A DNA stretch of 63,157 nucleotides, filler included, from Octopus bimaculoides (GCF_001194135.2; 9 parts of 7 records of this genome joined end to end with filler, not necessarily neighbours in it), one strand, 5' to 3'. Shown: positions 1 through 14,239, counted from the first letter of the whole stretch. Made by a program: numbers and translations. Notes: generated from the letters alone by a model not told the origin.

Positions 1-416
1 AGGAGGAGGAGGAGGAGGTTGTTTACCTGGTCTTAGGTGGGTTCTTCTTCAGTCCACGTCTTGTCATTGCTGATCCCATACTAAGGCTCTACCGACCCCT
101 GCTCTTCTTTGCTGGTCTCTCCATTGGTGCCATCTGGAAAGGCTTAGTGAATTTTCTCGGATCTTGAACACGGTCATTGCTATTTTAATCCAGTAAAAAG
201 CAACAGTCAAATTTTCCTCAAAACATATTTCATTGTCTTTAAAAAAATCGAAGCATATTGCATAATGTTGTCTTAAATTAACAAAGTCTGAATAAAATAT
301 GACTGAATGGCTACGTAAGGTTGGCTTTTGATCAAACACCTCATCGGTCAGGACTGGCTTTCGAGTTAACATTTCCAGCAGATTGACAGTACCAATAAGT
401 TTATCAACAGAGCAAC

Positions 417-858
417 AAGCTGGCAGGAACGTTAGCACGGGCGAAATGCTTAGCGGTATTTCGTCTGCCGCTACGTTCTGAGTTCAAATTCCGCCGAGGT
501 CGACTTTGCCTTTCATCCTTTCAGGGTCGATTAAATAAGTACCAGTTACGCACTGCGGTCGATATAATCGACTTAATCCGTTTGTCTGTCCTTGTTTGTC
601 TCCTTTGTGTGTAGCCCCTTGTGGGCAGTAAAGAAATAAGAATCGTTAGCACATCGGACGAAATGCTTAGCGGTATTTCGTCTGCCGTTACGTTCTGAAT
701 TCAAATTCCGCCGAGGTCGACTTTGCCTTTCATCCTTTCGGGGTTGATTAAATAAATACCAGTTGCGCACTGGGGTCGATGTAATCGACTTAATCTTTTT
801 GTCCTTGTTTGTCCCCTCTATGTTTAGCCCTTTGTGGGCAGTAAATAAATAAATAAAT
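417..858 (+). mobile_element. Tandem pair of tRNA-derived SINEs (family B)
   Basis: Two consecutive copies of GAAATGCTTAGCGGTATTTCG...GAGTTCAAATTCCGCCGAGGTCGACTTTGCCTTTCATCC...; B-box-like GAGTTCAAAT; (AAAT)n tail; more than 10 related copies in the window. Confidence 0.8.
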
Positions 859-3413
859 ATATCAATACGTTTACCAATACGGGTATTAAAACGGGTATCA
901 CCTGTGAATAATACGTGTACTCCGACACATGTATCAATACGTGTAGAATTTATGGATATCTGCAAATGAAAATCTCGGATGTTGAGGGATATGTAATGTG
1001 AACAGCAGAAAGAATATATTTGTGTTGGAAAATATAGAACAAGATTGAATGACCGGCTCTGTATGATAATAGCAGATACAAACGCTGGTTGGTTGCTTGC
1101 TTGACTTTTGATGTCACGCTTTACATTGTACAGGGAGAGAGGAAGAGAGGAAAACAGAGGACCAGAGAGAGTTAATACAAGGGAAGAAGGATGAGTGCGC
1201 ATACTGAGGGCGTTGAAAGAAGTTTGCTTCCCAATCTCATGGTTACGGGTTCAGTCCCACTGCACGGCACTTTGGGCCGACCAAAGCTTTGTGAGTAGAT
1301 TTGGTGAATGGAAACCTACAGAAAATCAGCGTATATACCACACGCACATACACACACATATGTACACACATACACACATATACACACATACGCACACATA
1401 AGTTTGCCTATGTATATGTGTGTGTGTGTGTGTGTGTGTAAGCATGTGTGTGTAAGTGCATGTGTATTTTGATATCTAATATAAAAAAAAAACTGGCACC
1501 CGATCGGTTACGACAACGGGTGTTCCAGGGTTCCTTAACCACTAAGCCACGTCGTCTCTTCACGATATCTAATATAAGGGCTGGGATGGATTGACAGAAC
1601 GGTTAAGGCCTCTAACAAAACGTCTGTTAGTATTTAATTCGGCTTGTCACGTACCGGGTTCAAATCCCTGTGCGGTTTGTGCTTTCTGTCATCCCCCACT
1701 CACAAAATCCATAAATTACCAGTTAAGCGCACCAGCAATGATTTCATCGGTTGACCCCCTCCCCTCAAAATATTCTGGCTTTGTGCTTGCATTAGAAATT
1801 GTCGTGAAATCTAGGCGCGTGGCTTAGTGATTTGGGGTTTCGGCTATGGATCCTCAGGTGGTGAGTTCGATACCTGGCGGTGTGTTGTGTTCTTTATATC
1901 TCGTTTGCTCCAGTCTACTCAGAGGGCAAAAATGAGCAGTAGCTGTATATTGAAAGGGTCAGCCTGGTCACAGTCTGTGTCAGGTTGAACCTCGCTGGAA
2001 ACTACATTAAGGGTTTGTGTGTCTGCAGAGCCCTCAACCACTTGCACTTTAATTTCACGAGCAGGCTCTTCCATTGATTGGATCAACAAGAACACTCGCT
2101 GTCGTCTTCGTCGCCGTAACTGGCGGGTGCCAGATTTATTTTATATTATCAAATGTAAGAAAAAAAAACAAAGAAAATCATTTTGTAAATTAAATTTCTG
2201 AAGCGGCGGCCTCTCTGTAGCTGTTAATTATGCTGTGTATCTGCACTTTCAAAGGCGACCATTTATTATTATGTTTCTTTTTCTGTTTTCACTTTCTCAA
2301 ACCATTGAATAGCAAACACGTTTATGGCATTAACTAAGTTTTTAGTTGAGTAATCTTTACGGTTTAATAAACCTCCCCACAGTATTAATTTCCATCAAGT
2401 TAAAATAAATAATTCACCAATCTGTAAAATAACATCGATCACAGATCAATCAAATGGGTTAAACTTAACATGTACACGACTATTTATCTAGCGGCTGCCA
2501 TTTTTACAAATGGTGTATTTTACTAAATTATCAAATCTTTTTTTTTTCCTTTCATATTATTATCAAACATGGAGATTGATAAAAACAATAACAACACTAA
2601 TACTTTACCTCACACAACATCTTATCAAATCCATCAGTTTATTAGATCGATAATTTAACTTCCCTAATTCACTATTTCCGTGTATTTGGTAAACGCAAAG
2701 ACAAAATGTTGGGAAAACCACGTACACATACACGCCGATTGTTTTCTTAACTGCAGCCTGTTACTGCGTTAACCGAATTCCCTAAACCGACCGCTTTACA
2801 AGTTGATGGAAAATAAAATAATTGAAATGTCATTCTAATTTATCAAATTGATTCATTTATCAAATCACAAAATAAATACGAGTAAAACATCAATTTATCT
2901 CCAGACTCATTTATCAAATTTACCGTTTTACAATGCTTATATCAAATCAAATATTTTTTTATTTATCGTCTCAGTGAAATGTTAGTTTTGCTCTTAGCCT
3001 TTCTTCAGAAAGTAACAGGTGTGGCAGATAAGGCCGCCATATTGAAGCGATAAACTTAACATGATGTACTTTTATTCTCACATGTAACATGTGACGTTTT
3101 GTTTCTGGGTTTTTGTTTTTTTTAATCTTTAGTCAGGACGGAAAGGGCAATAGGTATAACTTATTCCGGGCACCCAAGACTGGTGGGAAGAAAGAGGCAG
3201 GAGATTATTTTTCAGACCGTAAACTTGGTCCGAATGCTCGCAACTGAGTGGCGCCCTCTTCTCAAGGTGCCCCCAAGAGACCGAGTAGGTGATATTAAAA
3301 CTGGGTGAGGAGGGATTAAGTCTACTCCACCCCCGTCCCCCATGCAGGCCATGGAAGGATTTGAACTCAGAACGCAAAATCTCTTTACCACAAAGCCACG
3401 TGCTAACACAACA

Positions 3414-3458
<45 letters not shown>

Positions 3459-4687
3459 CACACACTATTACGCATGCGCACCAAAGCACTCCAACACATG
3501 TTACCTTGAAAAATTTCACTTCGTTTCGCTTATCTTGATTCAAAAGATAAAACTCGGCTCNNNNNNNNNNNNNNNNNNNNNNNNNNNNNNNNNNNNNNNN
3601 NNNNNNNNNNNNNNNNNNNNNNNNNNNNNNNNNNNNNNNNNNNNNNNNNNNNNNNNNNNNNNNNNNNNNNNNNNNNNNNNNNNNNNNNNNNNNNNNNNNN
3701 NNNNNNNNNNNNNNNNNNNNNNNNNNNNNNNNNNNNNNNNNNNNNNNNNNNNNNNNNNNNNNNNNNNNNNNNNNNNNNNNNNNNNNNNNNNNNNNNNNNN
3801 NNNNNNNNNNNNNNNNNNNNNNNNNNNNNNNNNNNNNNNNNNNNNNNNNNNNNNNNNNNNNNNNNNNNNNNNNNNNNNNNNNNNNNNNNNNNNNNNNNNN
3901 NNNNNNNNNNNNNNNNNNNNNNNNNNNNNNNNNNNNNNNNNNNNNNNNNNNNNNNNNNNNNNNNNNNNNNNNNNNNNNNNNNNNNNNNNNNNNNNNNNNN
4001 NNNNNNNNNNNNNNNNNNNNNNNNNNNNNNNNNNNNNNNNNNNNNNNNNNNNNNNNNNNNNNNNNNNNNNNNNNNNNNNNNNNNNNNNNNNNNNNNNNNN
4101 NNNNNNNNNNNNNNNNNNNNNNNNNNNNNNNNNNNNNNNNNNNNNNNNNNNNNNNNNNNNNNNNNNNNNNNNNNNNNNNNNNNNNNNNNNNNNNNNNNNN
4201 NNNNNNNNNNNNNNNNNNNNNNNNNNNNNNNNNNNNNNNNNNNNNNNNNNNNNNNNNNNNNNNNNNNNNNNNNNNNNNNNNNNNNNNNNNNNNNNNNNNN
4301 NNNNNNNNNNNNNNNNNNNNNNNNNNNNNNNNNNNNNNNNNNNNNNNNNNNNNNNNNNNNNNNNNNNNNNNNNNNNNNNNNNNNNNNNNNNNNNNNNNNN
4401 NNNNNNNNNNNNNNNNNNNNNNNNNNNNNNNNNNNNNNNNNNNNNNNNNNNNNNNNNNNNNNNNNNNNNNNNNNNNNNNNNNNNNNNNNNNNNNNNNNNN
4501 NNNNNNNNNNNNNNNNNNNNNNNNNNNNNNNNNNNNNNNNNNNNTAGTTTAACCCTCAATAAAATAAAACAGAAAAAAATGAAAAACTTAATAAACAAGA
4601 AAGGTGAAAAGATTAAACATCGTTTTGAATCTGATAATATTTTTATAACAAAACATACAAAACTGAAAAAATTAATAAATATATATA

Positions 4688-4912
4688 GGCGCAGGAGTGG
4701 CTGTGTGGTAAGGAGCTTGCTTACCAACCACATGGTTCCGGGTTCATTCTCTTCTAATATAGCCTCATGGCGACCAAAGCCTTGTGAGTGGATTTCGTAG
4801 ACGGAAACTGAAAGAAGACCATCCAATATGTGTGTGTGTATGTTTATATGTCTGTGTTTGTCCCCCAACATCACTTGACAACCGATGCTGGTGTGTTTAT
4901 ATCCCCGTAATC
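4688..4912 (+). mobile_element. tRNA-derived SINE (family A), 3'-truncated
   Basis: GGCGCAGGAGTGGCTGTGTGGTAAG...GGTTCCGGGTTCA head; same family as 30128, 32696, 52894 and 55072. Confidence 0.8.
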
Positions 4913-5081
4913 GGAAACTTTAGCAGTCAATGTAAAAAATAAAAGTTGACTGTGATCTCTTGTAATTGATCACTGCGCCCCTTATTCACGGTATTTGTAG
5001 GTTTTTAAGGCCTTGCCCAGCTAGCAATCCATATCATACATTGTTGAATATTATGGAAGATGATCGTTTTTTTTTTGCTTT

Positions 5082-5135
<54 letters not shown>

Positions 5136-5332
5136 NNNNNNNNNNNNNNNNNNNNNNNNNNNNNNNNNNNNNNNNNNNNNNNNNNNNNNNNNNNNNNNNN
5201 NNNNNNNNNNNNNNNNNNNNNNNNNNNNNNNNNNNNNNNNNNNNNNNNNNNNNNNNNNNNNNNNNNNNNNNNNNNNNNNNNNNNNNNNNNNNNNNNNNNN
5301 NNNNNNNNNNNNNNNNNNNNNNNNNNNNNNNN

Positions 5333-5570
5333 AGTGATCTTTTGGCACTAAAGGCAAAAAGTAGGTTCTGGACTTGCGCATTTTGTCCTTTCTTTGTGTC
5401 CCTGCAATCTTATTTTATGCATAGGCGGTGGAACCTCTGTTGGCGTAGCTTCACTAGTCAGAGCGGGCTTGTGCTTGCGTTTCCCAGCAGTTTGGATCGA
5501 TCTCAAAGCTCTTCAGTGAGGCTTTCACTGCGCTTGTCTTCCATCAGTTCACGGTAAAACATACATGCAC
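5333..5570 (-). mobile_element. RTE-clade LINE ORF2 C-terminal fragment (degenerate)
   Basis: Minus-strand translation KASLKSFEIDPNCWETQAQARS... matches the RTE/BovB C-terminal motif LK...IDP..WE..A.DR; stops and frameshifts present. Confidence 0.7.
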
Positions 5571-6048
5571 CTCCCCCCCCCCACTCGCACGTATACATTG
5601 TAATGTATTTTCTATTTTTTCGCTGGACTATAAGCAGTTCACGATTTTGGCCCCGCTGTGTATGTAATTCGATCCACCGATAAATGAACCGAAGCTGGTT
5701 ACACCCAGCCTACTTTTCTTTAGCCATAGGGAGATTGTAAAAACATTTGTTTACACTTGTTCGGCGTCTCCAATTACACAGTCTGGCAGACGAAAACTTG
5801 TATTACTACACCAAATTTACCTTGTAGAATCATACATACATACATACATACATGCATACATACATACTTACATACATACATACATACATACATATGTGTA
5901 TGTATCTATACACTGAACCATGATCTTTAACCTGTATTTTTTATTAAATTTGGTTTCGTCTCCCTTATACATCTTATCTTTTGCACCTTCAAATTGGCTC
6001 GTTTGATCTTGCTGCTGCTACTGTTGCTGTTGCTGAAGATGGCTCTCG

Positions 6049-6050
<2 letters not shown>

Positions 6051-6113
<63 letters not shown>
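6051..6113. repeat. (AAT)n microsatellite, target of the adjacent Dong/R4 insertion
   Basis: About 21 perfect AAT units directly abutting the LINE 3' end. Confidence 0.95.
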
Positions 6114-6114
<1 letters not shown>

Positions 6115-6590
6115 CACCGGAGTCTTTAGTCATCTGTCAAGTCACAAAAAGGACCTCAGACAGATAATACTTTCCTTAAGATGTGCGCTGTGCCCAGTAG
6201 GGCTGCTTTTAGGCAGACATCAATCTTGCATGGGATTTCCAGTTGCCTTAAGAAGTCTTGAAGTTTCAGTGGGAATGACCCGATCACCACTGGTACCACT
6301 TTTACATTACCCTCTCGTATTCCATACAGTCTTGCATTTTCCACTTTCAATTCAGAGTACTTGGTGATTTTTTTCAACCTCTCTTATTCAATATGACAAT
6401 ATCCGGCCGACGGTGTTCGATTACACGATCCGTCTGAAAACCATAGTCCCAAAGTATCGTTACTTTCCCATCCTCCTGCATAACTTTACTTGGTACATGC
6501 TCATACCACTTCTCTGTCACTTCATATTGGTATTTACGGCATAAGAGCCAATGGAGATACACACACACTTTATCGTGTGTGTTACGAAGG
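6114..6590 (-). mobile_element. R4/Dong-clade non-LTR retrotransposon, 5'-truncated 3' end (restriction-like endonuclease domain)
   Basis: THDKVCVYLHWLLC..WYEHVP..ILWD..QTD.VIEHRRPDIV / KYSEL..VVPVVIG..ALLGTAHILRKVLSV*, the R4/Dong REL signature; AAT repeats on both sides (6051-6113 and 6591-6602). Confidence 0.85.
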
Positions 6591-6602
6591 AATAATAATA
6601 AT

Positions 6603-6812
6603 CCTTTCTACAATAGGCACAAGGTCTGGATTTTTGTGGGCAGGGGGACAATCGATCACATCGACCCCAGTACTTGACTGGTACTTAATTTATCGACCCC
6701 GAAAAGATGAAAGGCAAAGCCGATCTCGGCCAAATTTGAACTCAGAACGAAGCGGCAGGCTAAACACCGCTAAGCATTTCGCCCGACGTGCTAACGATTC
6801 TGCCAGCTCTCC
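6603..6812 (-). mobile_element. SINE family B
   Basis: Reverse complement of the family B copies at 417-858. Confidence 0.8.
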
Positions 6813-7552
6813 ATGCATTTACACAGACTTATGACCACACATCCATCCATCCATACTGCCACTCATACAACCATACAATCATCCTCAGTTCCCCACCAAC
6901 CCACGCACAAACACACACACACACACATCTCTACATACATATATTCATGTATGCACAAACACACACGCCCATATGCACAAATCGCCAGCCAATCGGTGAG
7001 ACAAGCCATATCGTTTACGTCACATGCAAACAGACGACACCTGTCGCCTGAAACCCAACTTGGTGTCCATTTTAACCTCATGAAAATCGTCCGTGAGCCC
7101 TGGTATCCCCGCCCCCTTTCCGCCCTTTCTGCCATCGACGCCGTGCGGTGCCCTGGAAATGTTAAGCCCCACGGTACACAAGCAAGACAACATACTCACA
7201 GATGGCTTCCACCAATCTGCCGATACATATTCATTAGGTCTTAGAACATCAGACCCCCACCACAACCCTACTTCACCCGGCCCCGCCGCCCTTCCTATCT
7301 GTTCTGGACCCAGAATCTTATTTAAATAGACAGCTCTGCTCTGTTTAAATTGGTTATACGTAAGGACATATGCGTGCATAGGTGCGTCTATGTTTTCTCC
7401 TTGTGCGCGCGCTCGTGTGTGCGTACTGTATGTGCTTGTGTGACTGTATGCGTGTGGGAGTGTCTGCGTCAGTTTATAGGCGGATGCTTATACGGGTGCG
7501 TATATGTATTTAGGTACCTCTCTCTCTCTCTATTTATTATATATATATATAA

Positions 7553-7589
<37 letters not shown>

Positions 7590-7796
7590 AAAGTGTGTAT
7601 GTACGCATTTGTTTCTTTGCATGTGTGCATGTAAACACACATGCAAATGTGAATGTATTCATATCCTTATATATTACATGTGCTAATATACGACTATGTA
7701 GGTCGGTGCTTGTGTGTAATTATGTGTGTATGTATGTATGTGTATCTGTTCTTTTGTCTGTTTATCTATCTGTCAATCTGCCTGCCTGTTAGTCTG

Positions 7797-7871
<75 letters not shown>

Positions 7872-10480
7872 GTCTATCTAGTTCTCTCTCTATATATATA
7901 TAGATATAGATGTTTGAAGCTCCGATGAAAGTATAGCGTAATACTCAACTACTCCACTATGAGTGTCTCAGAAACAGTTGTAAACTAATGAGCTTCACAA
8001 CATAATTGTTTATTTCCTTTGTCAGTTCAATTTCTTATAGGTATATATGTATAGTATGTGCATGTATATATATTTGTGTATGTCTGCATCAATGTACATC
8101 CATTAAGCATAAAATACCCCATGTGAGAAGCAGAAGGTTTAATAAATGCATCTGTATCTGCGTGTGTGTGTGCGAGTATTTGTATGTGTGCGTGTATGTG
8201 TGCGTGCGTGTGTGTTTATGTGTACGTGTGCGTGTGTGCGTATTTGTAGATTAGCGTGTTTATCCACATGTACCGAATGTGTGATATGCATGCGTGTGTG
8301 CGTGTATTTGTTGTTCAGTATTGTGATCTTTTAATATTGTTGTATGTTTTGAAAATTCAGTTGGTAACGTTCCTAGATCAAACATACGTTGCTGCTCTCG
8401 TAGGAGGAAAACAAATCGGAGATCTGTTATATGTAAGACAATAAAAAAATGTATAAATACCGGGTGAGCTGGTGAACTGAATAGAAACAACTATGAAGAA
8501 GTGAACTGTTGTTGAGTCGAATATCTCTAACGTGTTCAGTGTATCTTACAACTTATCTCCTGACAGTTTGTTTTATGTAAGTTGTTTCGCTGGCATTTAA
8601 TAAAGCAGCTAAGTTTCAAGGTCCAAGTCAAGTTGTCAGAGATAGGAAAGAAATATTTATTAGAACAGGTAGTGTGTTGGTATTCAAGAACAATGAGCAA
8701 GTGTTGAAACATTGGGGGTTGAGGATAGGAATATATACTCTTTTCTACTCTAGGTACAGGCTCCGAAGTATTTTGGGGAGGGGGCCAGTCGATTAGATCG
8801 ATCCCAACACGAAACTGGTACTTAATTTATCGACCCCGAAAGGATGAAAGGCAAAGTCGACCTTTCTGCCAACTCGCTGCCTTGAGGACAGGAATATACA
8901 GACTTGAGATAAGTCAAATAGATGAGGACTTCACATACATTCAGTTTAACATTTTTCTTACACCACACACACACGCGCGCGCGCGCGCGTATGGGATAAC
9001 AAACTGGGGGAGTGAAAACGGCAAGACAAGGCTGCAAAATGGAAGTTTTTAATCACACAGCTACGACTTGCTGAGAGCTCCTTTGATTTCAAAAATAATG
9101 GTTTTAAATTTTGGCAAAATGCTTAGCGATATTCCGTCCGTCCTTATATACTGAGTTCAAATTCAACCGAAGTCGACTTTGCCTTTCATTCTTCCAGGGT
9201 CGATAAAATAAGTACTAGTCAAAGTCAATCACTGGGGCTCGTTCCATATAATCCACTAACCTTCCTTACCCCGTTCTGCTAAAATTTGAACCCATTATTA
9301 AATGCGACGAACTGGTACACCGGACAAAATGCTCGGCGCTATTTCGTCCGACTCTTTATACTCTGAGTTAAAGTGTTGTTACATTTTATGCACTGGCTTG
9401 TTATCTGAGTAGTGATTCGGATGGGAATGGCAGCAGTGTAGTGTTGGGGGTGGCGGTAGTTGTGGTGCTGGGTGTAGCGAGAGTAGTTGTGGTGCCGTTT
9501 CTCTTTAAATATTTGGTTTTCCAGTATTAATTCAATTTCTGTTTTTGTTTTTATAGATATTTTATATTTATATGCCTTTTTCTTTTCCTTTCATATATTT
9601 CTCGAACCACCCCCTCTCTCTCTCTTTCTGTCTTGTACTCCTAATACACTCTTTCTCTCTCTCTATTACTACTCTTCCTCCCCCTCATACTCCTGCTACC
9701 CCGTCTTTTCCAGCCCGCACCTACCTCCCTACGAATTATCATTGTTAAAAGATGAGCCACGGTGGATAGCCATTGTTGCGCCACGACAATAGATAGCGGA
9801 CCGCAGATCACCGCCGAACCAGCGTATGATCACTGCCACCCCACATACTTACAGCACACACCACGGCTTCTCCACACACACTTACACACAAAATACACAC
9901 ACCACTCATGCCTACTGAACCACAATAGTTTAGGTCTTTTTAATTATATTATTATTACTTTGTTATTGTTTTATAATGGAGTTCATTTTTAAAATGGCTG
10001 ACAGCAAACTTTACAATGGAGAAAATGAAAGAAAAAACACGATTTGGCTTTAAAAGCAAGAATAAAAATGCATGAAGGATACGGGATAGATTAAAAAATG
10101 GGTGAAATGGATAGGCAGACAGACAGACAGACAGGTAGAAAGATAGATGGAGAGTGGATGGATAGATAGATACAAAGATAGATAGATTGATAGATAATAG
10201 ACAAATAGCAAGATGCATACATAAACAGACAGACAGGCGTATAATTACAATCTTTCATTCTTTCCCTTCCCCTCCTTCCTTTTCTTCTTCTTCTTCTTCT
10301 TCTTCTTCTTCTTCTTCTTCTTCCTATCCTCCTCCTCCTTCTTCTTCTTCTCCTTCCTCTTCGTCCTCTTCTTTTTCCTCTTCGTCCTGTTCTCCTTCCT
10401 CTCCTCCTCCTTCTTCTTCTTCTTAATAATAATAATAATATTATTGTCTCCTCCTCCTCCTCCTCCTCCTCCTCCTCCTC

Positions 10481-10517
<37 letters not shown>

Positions 10518-10560
10518 CCATTCGTTTTCTTCTCCTATTTTAAGTACATGTAGTAGTAGT

Positions 10561-10592
<32 letters not shown>

Positions 10593-11826
10593 TAGTGGTA
10601 GTCATGATTATAGTAGTGGTGGCCTTTTTAGTTGTTTTTTTTTTGTTTTTCCTGGCGCAAAGTTCGTCATTGTTATTGTTATTAGGTTGTTGTTGTTGTT
10701 GTTGTCGATGTTACAGTTGCATTTCGTGTTGCGTTTGTTGTTCTAGCTGTTGTTATCGTCGCAGTTTTCTTCGTGGTAGAAGTAGCAGTTGGTCTTCTTG
10801 TTGTTGCTGTTGTCATTGTACTCAATGTCCACCAAAAAGTAAGAAAACGAAGACGAGTTAATAAGTGAGATCAGCTTTTAGTGTAAATGGAGGGGAAAAA
10901 AGGGGGGGCGTGGGGTTTGCTTAAAACGACTTTGGTTGTTTAAGGGGTTGTGTGGGTAGAGTAAGGGATGATGGTCCGGATTGAAGAACAGTGGGGCGGG
11001 GGGAAAGGGGTGGCTAATATATAGGAGTTGGGTGCCGTAGGGGTGTGGAGTTATGGGGGTNNNNNNNNNNNNNNNNNNNNNNNNNNNNNNNNNNNNNNNN
11101 NNNNNNNNNNNNNNNNNNNNNNNNNNNNNNNNNNNNNNNNNNNNNNNNNNNNNNNNNNNNNNNNNNNNNNNNNNNNNNNNNNNNNNNNNNNNNNNNNNNN
11201 NNNNNNNNNNNNNNNNNNNNNNNNNNNNNNNNNNNNNNNNNNNNNNNNNNNNNNNNNNNNNNNNNNNNNNNNNNNNNNNNNNNNNNNNNNNNNNNNNNNN
11301 NNNNNNNNNNNNNNNNNNNNNNNNNNNNNNNNNNNNNNNNNNNNNNNNNNNNNNNNNNNNNNNNNNNNNNNNNNNNNNNNNNNNNNNNNNNNNNNNNNNN
11401 NNNNNNNNNNNNNNNNNNNNNNNNNNNNNNNNNNNNNNNNNNNNNNNNNNNNNNNNNNNNNNNNNNNNNNNNNNNNNNNNNNNNNNNNNNNNNNNNNNNN
11501 NNNNNNNNNNNNNNNNNNNNNNNNNNNNNNNNNNNNNNNNNNNNNNNNNNNNNNNNNNNNNNNNNNNNNNNNNNNNNNNNNNNNNNNNNNNNNNNNNNNN
11601 NNNNNNNNNNNNNNNNNNNNNNNNNNNNNNNNNNNNNNNNNNNNNNNNNNNNNNNNNNNNNNNNNNNNNNNNNNNNNNNNATATATATATATATATATAT
11701 ACACACGCATATATATGGAAAAAAGTCAAGGTAGGAAATGCTAAAATAATTTTATAAAAAACATTTTAGTACCGGTTTCGCTCATTGAGACTTTTTCAGC
11801 ATGCATATACGTATACATACATATAT

Positions 11827-11893
<67 letters not shown>

Positions 11894-11907
11894 CATACAT
11901 ACATACA

Positions 11908-11943
<36 letters not shown>

Positions 11944-12604
11944 TATATATACATACATATATAAAAAAATATATATACATGTGTATGTGTACACACATAT
12001 ATATATGTATTTCATATGCATCTTAGATATATATTCATGTATATTAATTTTTATAAACATATATATATATACATGTACCATTATATATATATATGTCTCT
12101 GTATAAATATATAAACGCCAACATACACGCGCGCAGGCACACACATGTGTGCATACATGTGTGTATATATATACTTATGGTGTTTATACTTCCGTATGTA
12201 TGTAGATGATTGTGTCTCTATTGTTCACGTGTACACACACATACACACATATATATATACATACACACACTTTTACGTATATCATTGTTTTTAACCAAAG
12301 AAATAGAGAAATGAATACAGAGTCTACATGAATTTTTTAACAATGTAAAGAAATCTAACCGACTGAGTTGATCTGTGCGTCATTCAATCGCTTTATTTCA
12401 GTGCAATTATTCTTATAATCCTGTTTTCTTTGTTAAAATTTCATTTCCTCCCTTGAATGTTATCACAACCAAGAATAGAAGAGTGGAATAAAGGATTCTA
12501 CTAGGCGGAGGAACTGGTGGCAATCTATATATGTGTGTATGTGTGTATGTGTATGTGCATATGCATGTATACCCAAAAACTTTTGTTACATAATATATAT
12601 ATAT

Positions 12605-12649
<45 letters not shown>

Positions 12650-13458
12650 NNNNNNNNNNNNNNNNNNNNNNNNNNNNNNNNNNNNNNNNNNNNNNNNNNN
12701 NNNNNNNNNNNNNNNNNNNNNNNNNNNNNNNNNNNNNNNNNNNNNNNNNNNNNNNNNNNNNNNNNNNNNNNNNNNNNNNNNNNNNNNNNNNNNNNNNNNN
12801 NNNNNNNNNNNNNNNNNNNNNNNNNNNNNNNNNNNNNNNNNNNNNNNNNNNNNNNNNNNNNNNNNNNNNNNNNNNNNNNNNNNNNNNNNNNNNNNNNNNN
12901 NNNNNNNNNNNNNNNNNNNNNNNNNNNNNNNNNNNNNNNNNNNNNNNNNNNNNNNNNNNNNNNNNNNNNNNNNNNNNNNNNNNNNNNNNNNNNNNNNNNN
13001 NNNNNNNNNNNNNNNNNNNNNNNNNNNNNNNNNNNNNNNNNNNNNNNNNNNNNNNNNNNNNNNNNNNNNNNNNNNNNNNNNNNNNNNNNNNNNNNNNNNN
13101 NNNNNNNNNNNNNNNNNNNNNNNNNNNNNNNNNNNNNNNNNNNNNNNNNNNNNNNNNNNNNNNNNNNNNNNNNNNNNNNNNNNNNNNNNNNNNNNNNNNN
13201 NNNNNNNNNNNNNNNNNNNNNNNNNNNNNNNNNNNNNNNNNNNNNNNNNNNNNNNNNNNNNNNNNNNNNNNNNNNNNNNNNNNNNNNNNNNNNNNNNNNN
13301 NNNNNNNNNNNNNNNNNNNNNNNNNNNNNNNNNNNNNNNNNNNNNNNNNNNNNNNNNNNNNNNNNNNNNNNNNNNNNNNNNNNNNNNNNNNNNNNNNNNN
13401 NNNNNNNNNNNNNNNNNNNNNNNNNNNNNNNNNNNNNNNNNNNNNNNNNNNNNNNNNC

Positions 13459-13770
13459 CGGGCGTTGTGAATGTTTATTGAGCGAAAACACCTAAAGTTC
13501 CACGAGGCTCCGGTAGGTGGGGTAGTGGCGAACCCTGCTGTACTCTTTCACCACAACTTTCTCTCACTTTTTCTTCCTGTTTCTCTTGTGCCTGTAATTC
13601 AAAGGGTCAGCCTTGTCACACTGTGTCACGCTGAATATCCCCGAGAACTATGTTAAGGGTACACGTGTCTGTGGAGTGCTCAGCCACCTACACATTAATT
13701 TCATGAGCAGGCTGTTCCGTTGATTGGATCAACTGGAACTCTCGTCGTAGTAACCGACGGAGTGCCACGA
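13459..13770 (+). mobile_element. SINE family C (head lost in the N gap)
   Basis: Matches 51531-51917 from GGGCGTTGTGAATGTTTATTGAGCG to GACGGAGTGCCA. Confidence 0.8.
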
Positions 13771-13809
13771 TTTCACACACACACACACACACGCACACAC
13801 GACTGCCGC

Positions 13810-14150
13810 TTTTTTTTTGTTCTGGGTCCAAAGTATTTCTGTTCCAGCACGTTGGCACAAATTGGCTAATAGCGTTGGACTTAGAATTTTCCTGGATTAA
13901 ATTGCATGTTGTTTGTTCCTCAACCCATGTGTATATGGCATCTTGATTTTTCGGCAAAAGGTATGCATCAAGACGATTCATGACTGCTTCTGCTACATTT
14001 GTATCACTGGCACACCTAGTAAGAGTAGCTACCTGTATAGTTGATGTCATGTCTGATAGGACCACCACAAACAGCAGGGGCCTCAATACAGTTCCCTGAG
14101 GTATTCCATTCGCTATTAATATCTCCTTAGAGAAGACTTCATTGGCTGTT
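13810..14150 (-). mobile_element. CR1/L2-type LINE reverse transcriptase fragment
   Basis: GIPQGTVLRPLLFVVVLSDM...LTRCASDTNV equals a degenerate PQG.VLGP.LF...D...YADDT (RT motifs B and C). Confidence 0.75.
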
Positions 14151-14239
14151 CCTCCTTGGTTTCTGTTTTTTTTAAGAACTTATGTAATCAATCTCTCAGT
14201 TTTTCAATCACACACACACACAATTATATATTCTCTTCT

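Noticed and set aside
64-438. 124-aa minus-strand ORF; exon-like stretch with AG/GT at about 23-131
   Set aside because: No recognisable domain, it starts in a SINE, and the AG-GT interval has stops in all three frames.
3289-4874. Long ORFs spanning N runs (also at 11-13 kb, 22.7 kb, 55.8 kb and 59 kb)
   Set aside because: Artefacts of translating N as X.
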